From: the human T2T-CHM13v2.0 reference genome, Homo sapiens
Direction: 5' to 3' (one strand)
DNA: 64,000 nt
Assembly (NCBI RefSeq): GCF_009914755.1
Contig: NC_060930.1
Part shown: positions 1 to 13,790 of the stretch, in pieces
Layout of the letters: each line of letters starts with the position of its first letter
How positions within the stretch are numbered: the stretch's first letter is position 1
Position numbers and translations under genes: made by a program
Notes under the pieces: model-generated
Database searches by the model: none
Seen by the model: only the letters and a program-made list of their open reading frames with translations
Told to the model about the DNA's origin: nothing

Positions 1-699
1 TGCACGTCCACCAAAGCTCATGTTCGAGCCCACCATGTCCCATCTCCTGGTTCTGCTTTCTTCCTCAGGGAGAGCACCTGCCAGGCAGCAGTGTCGCTCA
101 GCTTATGCGCAGCCAGCTTGGGGACTACAGCAGCTCATCCTAACAAGAGACCAGAACTTCAGGCTGATCTGAGGCATGTGCCCACCTCTGGGTCACACGT
201 CATTCTTGAAGCAGTGGGCAAGTCAAATATCCCCACCCCTCCTGCACAGAAAAGGGGAGGATCCCAAGAAGAGAATGTGGGGGCTGCCTCCAGGAGGAGA
301 AGAAAGACTTGTGGGTCCACTGCAGACATCCAGGTGGAGATGTCTGGAGCCCAGGGGTCGGGTAAGAGCTACAGCCAGGTTGGGGTTATTGTGGGAGGAG
401 CCGTAGGAGTGAATGAGATCAGGAAAGGTGGCCGGGGTAGACCTAGGACCTAGGGACCTAGGAAAGAGACAGACACGCTGGGGAAGAAGAGTCAGAGGAC
501 AGAGGGTGAGACGCTTGAAAAGGAAGTGGGCGAGAACAGTGTTGCCTAAAAAGAGGGAGCCCAGTTCCCTGAAGGTGAGGGTGAAGACAGGCCATTGGGC
601 TGAGACAATGGGCAAAGGGCAGGGTGTGGGCAGAGCTGGTTTGGGACCCAGAGCAGTGGAAGGGCAGAGCAGCCCTTGCCGAGACCAAGGGACAGCAGG

Positions 700-1500
700 G
701 CTGAATGACCGCAATGCAGCACCCGCTTCGCTTTGCAAATAAAATGCGGACTGCGCGAGAAAGCCTGGCTTTTAGCGTCCATGCGTGTCCAGGAACAGCG
801 ACCAGGGCAAGTGCTTGAGTGCGCCAGGCTGGGCGAGGCAGGGAGGGACTGAGGGCTGGGTCCGGGGGAGAGGAGTGGCCAGGGAGGAGGGGCGACCCAA
901 AGGCCTCCGGTGATGCGCTGACAGAAGGTAAAAACAAGGAACAAAGCAAAACCACACACAGGACGGCAGCGCGGAGTCCGGGCCCTGCCCTCTGCAGCAG
1001 CGCAGCCCGGGGACTCTGGGGCTCTCCCTGCTGCCTGTGGAATTTCCAGGCCAGCGCATCTGATTGGCCTGGCCTGGGGCAGTGGGTGGGGATTTGGATG
1101 TTTCCAGAGAAGGGAAGATGGCGGTGAGACAGCCGCTCGGCAGCTCCAGAGGGGTCGATCCCGCGACAGGGGAAGGGGGCGTGGGCGTCACATGGCAGCG
1201 CTGAGACTTGAGTGCTGGAACAGCCCAGCGAGGAAGGTCCCAAAGACAGCTCTTTTCACCAAAGACAGGCCTTGCGTTTGCGGTGCGGGCTCCACCCGCA
1301 GTTCTGCTTCAGGTAGAAAAGGGATGAGGGTGCCGGGCCAGCTTGACCCGGTTTCCGCAGGGGCAGAAGCACTTCCTACCTTCGGCCTGCAGAGCCCCTC
1401 AAGCAACAGGGAACCACATTCTCCTGCCCTTGGAAAAAGTTGACCCGCTTCACAGTGAAGCCAGAGAGGCGAGGTGGGGGCGGCGGGGGGATTTGGATGG
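700..1500. promoter_or_regulatory. GC/CpG-enriched promoter- or enhancer-like region
   Basis: Locally CpG-rich. GTGGAATTTCC kB-type site 1037-1047, inverted CCAAT (ATTGG) 1063-1067, YY1-type AAGATGGCGG 1115-1124. Confidence 0.6.
1118..1123 (+). pseudogene. Putative first coding exon (Met-Ala) of decayed plus-strand gene
   Basis: aagATGGCG|gtgaga: good Kozak context followed immediately by a strong donor, phase 0, inside a promoter-like region. Confidence 0.4.
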
Positions 1501-2186
1501 GACTTCCAGACGCCTTTCTTCTTCCCAGTGCCTACCTAGGGATGGGGACGCTAGGACAGCTGAAGCTGGCACATATCTGATCACTGTTCCTCAAGCACCT
1601 CTTTGTCCATGCACCCTCCCTGCCCAACACCTCCAATGGCCTCTGAGGCTTGGAGAATGACATCCAAGCTCTGCTTCCCAAACAGGCCCAAGCCCACCCT
1701 CTGCCTCCCAACTCATCCGACCATGACCACCATCTGTCACCCTTTGCAGCCACGCCCTGTGGTGACCACGCCCACAGACGGCCCTGGTGACCTCGCCGAC
1801 AGATGGGCACGACCTTGAATGGCTCTGCTTTTGATAGTCACGCCCCTTGTAGCCATGTCCTGTGATGGCCACACCCACCAATGAGCATGCCCTCAGGTGA
1901 CCACTCTCAGACACCCTGGGATCCAGCTGCGCTCACACCCCCGGGGCATGCCTGGGCACACCTGTCCTCTCTTTGGCCCTCCCCTAAAAAGCCCTCCAAA
2001 TCCTAAATCCTTCTTCCAAATCCTGTTCTGCTGCTTCAGTCTCACCACCTCCTTGAGGCCCCCTGTGACTACCCCAGCTCTCTGGTGTTCACTCGCTTGG
2101 TTCCTACGATACATTGGAGCACATTTGCCTTTTTAAAAATAAGCTGAGCTGTCTCCACAGCTAGATTTTCAGATCCCGAAGGATAG

Positions 2187-2563
<377 letters not shown>

Positions 2564-3099
2564 GGCTCCCGAGAGCTTTCTAATGTGCAAGGAGGGCTGG
2601 GACTGGCTGATCTAAGGGTACCCTGGGAGTGCGATAGTGTGGTCAGCTTATGGGATTTGGAGCCAAACGGCCCCAGTCCAAGCCCTCACCTCACTCTCTG
2701 TGTGCGATCCAGCAGCCCTGGGCCTCAGTCATCTTCATCTCCCATATGGGTTTAAAATGCCCACTGCCCAGAACACACAGTGCCTACAGAGCTGCAGATG
2801 AGTCGAGCCCCTAAAGCGATAGCCCCCAAGCCTCCCTCAGAACCTAAGGGCTACACTGAGATAGACCCTCAGTCTTCTATACCCAGGGACATGTGGGGAC
2901 AATGCAACACTCTCAAAAGAGGTGGCTCAAACAATGTCAACCGTAGTCATTTTATAGTGCTGGGAAAAGAATAGCCTTAATTTTACATCTGATTATAGAG
3001 GGAAGGATTCATAGTGTCCCTAAATTGACCTGTCTAAATATTTCCACATAATATGCACAATTGTCATCTGCAGGCACAAACGTTTCCTTTTCTTTTCTT

Positions 3100-3747
<648 letters not shown>

Positions 3748-3927
3748 CAAACGTTTCCTTTTCTAAGAGGCCGTGGGGTGTCCTGGATCTGGGCAAAAAG
3801 GGCACTTCAGGGCGCGGGGCCCCACGAGGCGATGCCCTTGTTGGCCTGTCTTGGTATTGCTGCCCACCTGAGCCGGGGGAGTGGGCCGTAAACTCGCAAT
3901 ATTCCTCCACCCTGCTGCCCACCACAG

Positions 3928-4216
3928 GAATGCTTGCCTGTGAAAGTCATGGGTCCCCTTTGTGTCCCAGAGTTGTTGAACAAGATCCTGGTATACACCA
4001 TCATCACACCACATGCCGGGAAGGCCGGAGGATTCTGGGACCGGAGCTCAGGTTTTATTTTTTATTGATACTAGAGAGAGGCTTAGAAGCTTTTCTAATT
4101 CTAAGAACCTGCTTAGAATTACAAACTGAAGGGGATGGGGCTTCAAGTATTTTCAAGAGCTTGGGGGTTGCAGGTGTTACATGTTTGTCTGAAGATGAAG
4201 TTAACTAGATCACGAG
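3928..4216 (+). pseudogene. Putative exon 2 of decayed gene
   Basis: ccaccacag|GAA acceptor and ACGAG|gtaagg donor. Reads ECLPVKVMGPLCVPELLNKILVYTIITPHAGKAGGFWDRSSGFIF, frameshift near 4060-4080, then GLEAFLILRTCLELQTEGDGASSIFKSLGVAGVTCLSEDEVN*IT; ends in phase 2. Confidence 0.55.
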
Positions 4217-4309
4217 GTAAGGAAGGGCAGCTTCAACTTCAGATGGTAACTCTTAAGTAGTATGCAAAGCCCTTATCCACATAGATAGCCAAGTCTGTAG
4301 GAAATACTG

Positions 4310-4665
4310 CTTGCTCTACGCTGAGCTAAGTCTCGCCAAAATCCATACGGTGAAGCCCCCACTACCTCAGAATGGGACTGTATCTGAGATAGGGCCCTTA
4401 CAAAGGTAATTCAGTTTCAGTGAGGCCATCAGGGTAGGTCCTAATTCAATCTGACGGGTGTCCTTATAAGAGGAGCTTGTAACACAGACTCAGAGGACGC
4501 GGCAGGAGGAGACGGCTGCAAACCAAGGCGAGGCCTGGGGGAAACCAACCCTGTCGAAGCCTTCCTCTCGGGCTTCCAGCTCCTCGGACAGTGAGGAAAT
4601 CTGTCTCTACTGTGTAAGCCCCCCGGACAGAGGGCTTTGCTGTGGCATCCAGCCCTGACTAGTGC
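4310..4665 (+). mobile_element. MaLR (MLT1-type) solo LTR
   Basis: Resembles MLT1 consensus (gagatagggcccttacaaaggtaatt...cctaattcaatctgacgggtgtccttataagagg). Confidence 0.7.
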
Positions 4666-4989
4666 ACTGCCCTGGTGGATTTTCTGCATGTTCCTGATAC
4701 AGCTGACAGACAAGTGGATGATGACAGGGCTTTTTCATTATGGAGTCTCATGAGATGCTGCGGGCACAGCACACAGGACACTCTCCATCAGCATTAGGGA
4801 CCGACACAACCATCGCAATGACAACCCTTCTCTTACTGCTCACGGGAGAACGCATGACCCAAGGTCCAAGGTCCAAGGCCTGTGCTGGGCAAGTTATAAA
4901 TCAAATCCACAAATCTTCACTGGGCTCCTACAATACCATACCAGGTATGGAAAGCACTGCTTTAATCACGCTGGCTGGTCCTCACATTT

Positions 4990-5290
4990 CTTTCTTTCTT
5001 TTTTTGTTTGAGACTGAGTCTCGCTCTGTCATCCAGGCTGAAGTGCAGTGGTGCAATCTCGACTCTCTGCAACCTCCACTTCCCAGGTTCACATGATTCT
5101 AGTGCCTCAGCCTCCCGAGTAGCTGGGATTATGGGCGCCCGCCACCATGCCTGGCTAATTTTTGTATTTGTAGTAGAGACGGGGTTTCACAATGTTGGCC
5201 ATGCTGGTCTTGAACTCCTGATCCCAAGCGATTTGCCCACCTCAGCCTCCCAAAGTGCTGGGATAACAGGCTTGAGCCACTGTGCCCAGT
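4990..5290 (-). mobile_element. Alu
   Basis: Reverse Alu consensus. Confidence 0.95.
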
Positions 5291-6247
5291 GTGGTCCCCA
5301 CATTTCATTAAAATATCTTTATGGAATTCAGAGAAACAAGAAAAGTTATGGAGTTTTTTTTGGGAAAGTCAGGAAATTCCTCTGTCCTAGAACTAGATAG
5401 GGTGTCTTGAGTTCTCTTTGATTGGGAATATTTATTCGTCTAAATGGGGTTTCTCAGCTCTGGGTGCCTATCTGTAAAATGGATGCTACCAGTTTATCTG
5501 TTCAATCTAATGGCAAGAAGCCTATGAAGGACAGAGTGTGAGGGCAAGGAGAACAAGGTGGTACAGTCCCTCTCTCCCACCCCTCCGAGCTGTGTGGCCT
5601 TGGTAAGAGGATTGGTATTGTATTGGGAGTGGTGAGAGGCTGGACAGAGGAGCTCTTGAGGCCCCTTCCAATTCTCCTGCTCCTCCGATCAAATAATAGG
5701 TTTGCCAAGTTCCCACACCCTGGACTCTACTGTCAAGGACCAGACAATCTTTGGGAACTGTGCCCCTTATCAATTTAGTGCCACACAGCTCCAAGTTCAT
5801 CCTTCATTGCCTGCTTTGAGAAAATGGATCTGGCCCCTTTAGACATGTTTCCTTTGTGTGCTGACATGGTGTTAGGTTTTGTCAGAGAGAGAAGTGATAG
5901 GACACGGCCAGAAGGTTTTTCTTCCTGTGCTATGTGTCCACTTGGCTGACTCCTGCCATGCTCATGGACCCTCCAGCACCAGGCTCCTGCAGTGCGTGGT
6001 GGTCAGCAGCACCCAGCAGCCAGCAGCTTCCTCCAACCTCTTCAAGCAGTTTGTGGCTGACTTCCTCCAGGAAGGCACTTCTCTTACAGGAACAGTTTAA
6101 CTCTGGCCCCCCCCAGAGCTGGATATCCAGCAACTCCCACTGCTTTGGCACCAACAGCAACTTCTCAGCCCTTCGGTGAGTCGGGGCAGTGCTCTCTCAA
6201 ATGAGGGCTCGAGGTGGGGTGGAGGAGCGGTTGGATGAGAGGCTGTT

Positions 6248-6323
6248 TCTTTTTTTTTTTTTTTTGAGACAGAGTCTTGCTCTGTCGCCCAGAGACTGAA
6301 GTGCAGTGGCAGGATCTCAGCTG
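6248..6323 (-). mobile_element. 5'-truncated Alu with TSD
   Basis: Alu 3' end plus tail, flanked on both sides by GAGAGGCTGTTTCTT. Confidence 0.8.
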
Positions 6324-9300
6324 AGAGGCTGTTTCTTATAGCTGCTCTTCCTAGATGATTGGAGTTGACTTCTTACTAGCCAACCCCTCACTACTCTAAA
6401 CCTGTTACAGTTATGTCAAACTTCCCCCATTCAAATTAATATGTGGTTTCCTCTCTTGCTTGGTACAGCATTGGTACCATGAGTAGTCCCAGCCATAGAC
6501 CTGCAAAGATGGGATTTGGAAGCTGGTTGTGCCTTTGGGCTTGAGCACAGTGCTGAGCTCCTTGCTGGTGGTACATTGGGTTCCTACTGGGAACAGACTT
6601 ATCATTCCCAGGGGCCCTTCTTCCAATCCTGTGTAGCCTGCTGATAAATGATCACCCCTAGATCCAGGACGTGACCAAGCCCCACGGGTGATGGCAGCAC
6701 AACCTTCCAAGGGACATCTGGGGTTTCCACCTGTGACCTTGGTAACACTGGAAGCATTTCTGGGTGCTGGAATCAAGGCACTGCATGGATGCCCAGAAAT
6801 GCTCCTAAGTGGCCTCAGAGCCACAGGTCTCTGCTGCACCGCTTAGGAGATGGCATCACCCTGAGCAAGGGACCCTGGCGGGGACCACTGGGCGGCGTGA
6901 CCCAGGCTCACCCATCTTCAGATCGGGGCACTGGGTGTCTGTCATATGTCCAGAATACCATACTACTGTCGCAGGCCGGGCTTGAAACCAAGGATGGGCA
7001 CACAGAAGAGAAAGGCACATCTGGTCAAATCAAAGTGCTGCAAATATTGCGACTGTCCCGGCACCTCAGTCTCAGGAGAGCCAGTGAGGGCTTCCTTCAG
7101 TCTGGCTGATGCCTCATCTCTCTCCAATCCATCTTTTTCTCAGAGGCCCCTGTACCAGCATCACCCATCAGGGAACTGATCAGCAAGCAATTCTGGGCCC
7201 AATTCCAGGCCGACTGACTCAGAATTTCGGGGGTGGAGCCCAGCAGTCTGTGTGTGGACAAGTCCTGCAGGCAACTGTGCTGTGTGGTGAAGTGCAACAA
7301 TTACTCATGTGCCAGGGGCAAATCCTGGCAGGCCCAGCCTGCAAATCACTGAATGCCCCCGCACCCCCGCTGGCTGACAGAGGCTTACCACCCGCCCCCA
7401 ACACACACACTGTCAATCTTTGAATTCCCATGTAGAGCTTGTTTTAAAATGCAGCTTCCTGGGTCGGCTCCCTGAGATTCTGCTGGAGTAGGTATGTGTG
7501 TGTGTTCCGGGTGGTTCTGATGCGTGTGGCTCACAGGCTGAGTGTGCGATGCCTCTCTCTGCCTGTGACTCTGTGTGCACGTGTGTGCCTCTGTCAGGTG
7601 GCAAGTGAGCACTGCGTCTCCGCCCTCTCCTGTGTTCGCCTCAGATGCAGCGCACCTCTGCTCCTGTTGCCTCCCGGGTCCCCTGTGTCCTTCTTACCTT
7701 CACCTTTTTCCAAAATCCCCACTCCCATTCTCAAAGGCTCAGCTCAAAGATCTCCTCCTCCTGAAGCCTCTCGCCCCCCTCCCCACTCCCACCCACCACC
7801 CCCAATATGTTCTTGCTGCAAGTCCATAATATTAGTTATGGGCCCGGCTAGTGTGAAGACAGGCAGCGGCTGTCTTACTCAGCTGTGACTCCCCAGAGCC
7901 TGGCACTCAGCAAGAGATTCATACTTATTTGTAGGCCTTTCAATTCAGTTTATTTCAGTCTAATCTGATTCAGGGCAATTCAACTCCACTCACGTCAGCA
8001 CAAGGGAAGAGTGCCCCGGAGCCCACAATGGGCACCAACACACAGACAGTGGCCTCAGGCAGCCCGGCTGGAAGGAGCCCACTGGTCTCACAGGCGTAAC
8101 CCGTGTTTGCAGGCATAACTCGTGCGCACGTGTGGCACTGCTCGGCCTGGGCACCGAGCGCTCCCCGTGCCTCAGGTCCCTCCAGACATGCCCCCTCCAC
8201 CGCCCCTCCTGAGGACGCTCATCTTTGAAAATGTCCTAAGACGGAACTGGAAGCTCTAAGGTACGCGTTCCAACCATCACGTGGCAGGGGCTGGTGGGCT
8301 TCACGCAGAGCCCCCTGTCTTCTGGCCTCATTCACCATCAGTGTAGTGGGTGGGGACAGCTGACCCAAGGGCCCTACTGCATGGGTCGCACGGTTCAGCC
8401 AGTCCTTGCTGGCGGGACCTGCATCCCCATCCTACTGGCTGGCAGAGTAGGACTGGTTTCCTGGGACATCTCCACCCAGAAACAGCACACGACAGCTGTT
8501 ATTCATCAGCCACAAAGCCCTAGTGACACAGCCATGCCCAGCGGTGACTTCCCAGAGCCATCCGGCGGAGGGCCCGGTTGAACAGGCGGCTGCTGTCCTA
8601 AGTTTCACAAATTGCAAAACGATGCAGAAAAGATGGCCGGGTCTCCAGGAACGGCTGTGCTGGGGGATGTCCTGAAGCAGCCACGGCGGAAGCGCTGGCC
8701 TTGCACCTGGAGACTGCGAGGCGCCCGAGCTGCAGGAGCGGCCCGATGTCATCAGTGCGTCTCCCTCCTCCTGCGTCTGAAAGAGCAAAGGGAGACAGTG
8801 ACCTCCTGAGAGGCTTCCAGACGCCCCGCCAGGCACTTCCCTACTGGTGCATGAAGTGTGTGGCTGGACAGAGGCAGCAGGGCGGGGGGCCCAAGACTCT
8901 CTGCTGCTCTGTCCAGGCCAAATAGTTCCCACAATCAAAGACCCAGAGACTCTCCCCTCACACCCATCCACCCTCCCATGAAGAAACACATGGAAAAATC
9001 TAGGATGGGGTTCCAAGTTTCTAAAACTGGTCCATTCTGTGATTCCCCAAAGGAAGGATAAATATCATGCTTTTTTCTTGGGATTTGATCAGAGTTTCAT
9101 GCTTTCAGTGAGAATCTGGCATAAAAAGAAACCCCAACATTTAGCCATGCTTCACGAGTAAAGCAGTGAAAACTGCACACAAAGACCTATCTGGAGAGAT
9201 TTGGAGGTTTCTGCTTTGTAACTCAATCAGCTCCGAAATCTCACTCATTCTTTCATTCACTCAAGAAATCTTAATATATTAAGTGCCTACTATGTGCCAG

Positions 9301-9499
9301 GCCCATAGGAGCTGGGGCACCATCATGAGCAAGATGAGGTCCCCTGAGCCTTGCAGTCAAGCGGGGGAAGAGACACACACCAAGATGGCTTGGTCAGTGC
9401 AGGTGAGGCACTGTACCCAGGACTCAGGTGAGGGAACAGACACCTACCCTAACTGTGGGTGCCTGGAGGGGTCTATGCAAGCTTTCTTAGAAGAGGGGT

Positions 9500-10490
9500 C
9501 ATGAATACGGAGGTTGTAAAAAATAAATAAGACCCCACCATTCCCAAGTCATCAGTATCCACATCACCAGTAACGGGGCCAACCCAGCAGCACCATGTGG
9601 TCCTTGAGATGCTGAGCTGGGAAGGCCAGAGCATTGCTGCAGGGCTGTTCTTGCCAAAAAGGCAGAATCTGAATCTAATCCAGAGGAAGGATCACACAAA
9701 CTCTCCCTGGGGTACTCTCTGCAAAACAACTAGCCTGCGCTCTTTAAAAATGCCAGGGACGCTGAAAGAGAGGCTGTTCCAGAACAAAGGAAACCAAGAC
9801 ATGACAACTAAACATACTGCGTGATCCCAAACCAGGAAAAAAAATAGCCATCAAGAGGATTGCTGAGACAATTAGTGAAATCTGAGCACAGCCTGTAGTT
9901 TAGAAACCATTACAAAAATGTTAAATTTCCTGACTTTTATAACTGTAGTTTAGTTATGTAAGAGAATGTTTGGGCCGGGTATGGTGGCTCACGCCTGTAA
10001 TCCCAGCATTTTGGGAGGCCGAGGCGGGTGGATCACCTGAGGTCGGGAGTTTGAGACCAGCCTGACCAACATGGAGAAATCCCATGTCTACTAAAAGTAC
10101 AAAATTAGCCGGGTGTGATGGCGCATGCCTGTAATCCCAGCTACGGGAGGCTGAGGCAGGAGAATTGCTTGAACCTGGGAGGCGGAGGTTGCGGTGAGCC
10201 GAGATCACGCCACTGCACTCCAGCCTGGACAACAAGAGCAAAACTGTCTCTGAAAAAAAAAAAAAAAAAGAATGTTTGTTCTTAGGAGGTAAACACTGGT
10301 GGATTTGGGGGAAGGGGAAATAGCATATCTGCAATTCACTCCCAGAGAGCTCAGAAAAATATACATATGGTGGGTGTGTGCATTTGTATATGGTGAAATG
10401 CTAACCACGATCTGGGTGAAGGTGAAGGGCACAGGGAATTTCTTTATACTATTTTGTAACTTTTGTGTAAGTTTGAAGGTGGCAGAGAGT
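9500..10490 (+). mobile_element. Old L1M 3' fragment interrupted by an Alu (about 9972-10270, +)
   Basis: L1M-like text (ttctttatactattttgtaactttttgtgtaagtttgaa); Alu flanked by AGAATGTTTG duplication. Confidence 0.7.
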
Positions 10491-11014
10491 CTGGGAGAGA
10501 GGGCAGCCTGTGCAGGCAGGAGGTGGCACCAGTGTGGTGTGCACAGGGAATGAGCTGCTGGGCTGGAGTACAAATTCACAGCAGGACCAGTGAGACAGAA
10601 GGGCCAAAGGGCAGGCAGAGGCTAATGGTGGAGAACTTTGTCCTGATGGTTGTGGGGAACCTTTAGAAGGTTTCCAGCAGGAGAGAGCAACAGGGTCAGA
10701 ATGCTATTTGACAATGACCACAGAAGCAGCTCAGGTGGTGGGCTGGAAGGGGACCAGACTGGCAGCTGGGAGAGTGGGGCAGGGCTCTCACAGCACTGCA
10801 GCCAAAGGCGGGCACCACGCCCACACGGGGCAGCACACGGGAACCAAGAGTTGCCACACATTCCTAAGGCCCAGAGCAGGGCAGGGCCGCCGAAGAGCTG
10901 GATATAAAAGACTGTTAAGAGGCAGGAGGATGGAGGGGGTCTGCACAAAGGGAGTTTCTTCTGGAAGCGATGGCACCAACCGAGACAGGAAAAACTGCAG
11001 GAAAAAGTGGTTTG

Positions 11015-11481
<467 letters not shown>

Positions 11482-11536
11482 TTACCGTTCTATACCTCAA
11501 TTTGCTCAGCTCTAAAATGGTGATATCATAACCTGT

Positions 11537-12656
11537 CTCAGATAGAGAACGGTATGAGTGAAGACAAGTCAGATGCTCTCAGATAGAGAACGGGATGAGT
11601 GAACACAAGTCAGATGCTCTCAGATAGAGAACGGTATGAGTGAACACAAGTCAGATGCTCTCAGATAGAGAACGGTATGAGTGAACACAAGTCAGATGCT
11701 CTCAGAGAACGGTATGAGTGAACACAAGTCAGATGCTCTCAGATAGAGAACGGGATGAGTGAACACAAGTCAGATGCTCTCAGAGAACGGTATGAGTGAA
11801 CACAAGTCAGATGCTCTCAGATAGAGAACGGGATGAGTGAACACAAGTCAGATGCTCTCAGGTAGAGAACGGTATGAGTGAACACAAGTCAGATGCTCTC
11901 AGGTAGAGAACGGGATGAGTGAACACAAGTCAGATGCTCTCAGATAGAGAACGGTATGAGTGAACACAAGTCAGATGCTCTCAGATAGAGAATGGTATGA
12001 GTGAACACAAGTCAGATGCTCTCAGATAGAGAACGGTATGAGTGAACACAAGTCAGATGCTCTCAGAGAACGGGATGAGTGAACACAAGTCAAATGCTCT
12101 CAGATAGAGAACGGGATGAGTGAACACAAGTCAAATGCTCTCAGATAGAGAACGGTATGAGTGAACACAAGTCAAATGCTCTCAGAGAACGGGATGAGTG
12201 AACACAAGTCAGATGCTCTCAGATAGAGAACGGGATGAGTGAAGACAAGTCAGATGCTCTCAGATAGAGAACGGTATGAGTGAAGACAAGTCAGATGCTC
12301 TCAGAGAACGGTATGAGTGAAGACAAGTCAGATGCTCTCAGATAGAGAACGGTATGAGTGAACACAAGTCAGATGCTCTCAGAGAACGGTATGAGTGAAC
12401 ACAAGTCAGATGCTCTCAGGTAGAGAATGGTATGAGTGAACACAAGTCAGATGCTCTCAGATAGAGAACGGGATGAGTGAACACAAGTCAGATGCTCTCA
12501 GATAGAGAACGGTATGAGTGAACACAAGTCAGATGCTCTCAGATAGAGAACGGTATGAGTGAACACAAGTCAAATGCTCTCAGAGAACGGGATGAGTGAA
12601 CACAAGTCAAATGCTCTCAGATAGAGAACGGGATGAGTGAACACAAGTCAAATGCT
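11537..12656. repeat. Minisatellite/VNTR, 28 copies of a 41-bp unit (7 copies are 37 bp)
   Basis: Unit CTCAG(ATAG)AGAACGG(T/G)ATGAGTGAA(C/G)ACAAGTCA(G/A)ATGCT counted directly; 21x41 + 7x37 = 1120 bp. Confidence 0.97.
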
Positions 12657-13253
12657 TTGAGGGTCCCAGGTCAGAGCTAAGTGCTCAGTAAGGGGCAGCA
12701 GCCCCCACCCATTTCAGGTGACCTTGCAGCTATGAAACAAAGGGTGAGAAGTATCAGGAAGGGGTCACGGAACACGGCTGGGCAGCAGGAGCCTCATCAG
12801 ACACAGGCTCCCCCCGCCCTCGGCGTGCTGGTGCCAGCCTGCCACATGGCTGCTTAGGGACGTCGTGGCTGTCAGCCACAGCTTGCCCTGGGTAACGGTG
12901 TGCAGCACGCTTGTGGGAAAACCAGCAGCACTTGTTAAAATACAGACTCCTGGGCCCCAGCCCAGTGTCAGAGCCTCCCTGGGGATGGCATCCTGAACCT
13001 TGCACTTCAAGGAAGCCCCACCCTTTACCCCCAGTCTCGGGGCACTTTGCAAGTGCCACAGAGCAGGAAGGAATTGCTGAAGTAACGTGTTTTGGAGGGA
13101 GAGAGCTAATGGCCATCATTTCCATCTTTTATCTCAGGTCATCACTTGGACCCTTTAATTTACATAATTCAATAGAATCTGTAAGGTTTCAAGGAGCCAG
13201 ACAATTATCTTAATAAAGGCAGTGTTTCCTTGAAAACAAAATTGCTCTATGGA

Positions 13254-13506
13254 AATATATATATTATATATATATAATATATATATAATATATATTATAT
13301 ATATATTATATAATATATATATAATATATATTATATATATATTATATAATATATATATAATATATATTATATATATATAATATATATATAATATATATTA
13401 TATATATATTATATAATATATATATAATATATATTATATATATATAATATAATATATATATAATATATATATAATATATATTATATATATATAATATATA
13501 TATATA
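13254..13506. repeat. Pure AT tract (interrupted (TA)n)
   Basis: About 250 nt of only A and T, abutting the tail of an Alu. Confidence 0.97.
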
Positions 13507-13790
13507 TTTTTTTTTAAGACAGAGTCTCGCTCTGTCGCCCAGGCTGGAGTGCAGTGGCTCAATCTTGGCTCACTGCAACCTCCGCCTCCCAGGTTCAAGC
13601 AATTCTCCTTCTTCAGGCTCCTGAGTAGCTGAGATTACAGGCACGTGCCACCATGCCCAGCTAATTTTTGTATTTTTAGTACAGACGGGGTTTCACCATG
13701 TTGGCCAGGCTGGTCTCAAACTCCTGACCTCATGATCTGCCCGCCTCGGCCTCCCGAAGTGCTGGGATTAAGAGCCACTGCGCCCGGCCC
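13507..13790 (-). mobile_element. Alu
   Basis: Reverse Alu consensus. Confidence 0.95.

Noticed and set aside
91-1443. Overlapping ORFs up to 261 aa in many frames
   Set aside because: Expected in GC-rich DNA; no recognisable protein or splice structure.
5750-6480. Gln/Ser-rich short ORFs
   Set aside because: The region looks like an old LTR-type remnant; I could not name the family and saw no exon structure.
11537-12656. Regular repeats resembling a CRISPR array
   Set aside because: Units are contiguous with no unique spacers and the context is eukaryotic; it is a minisatellite.
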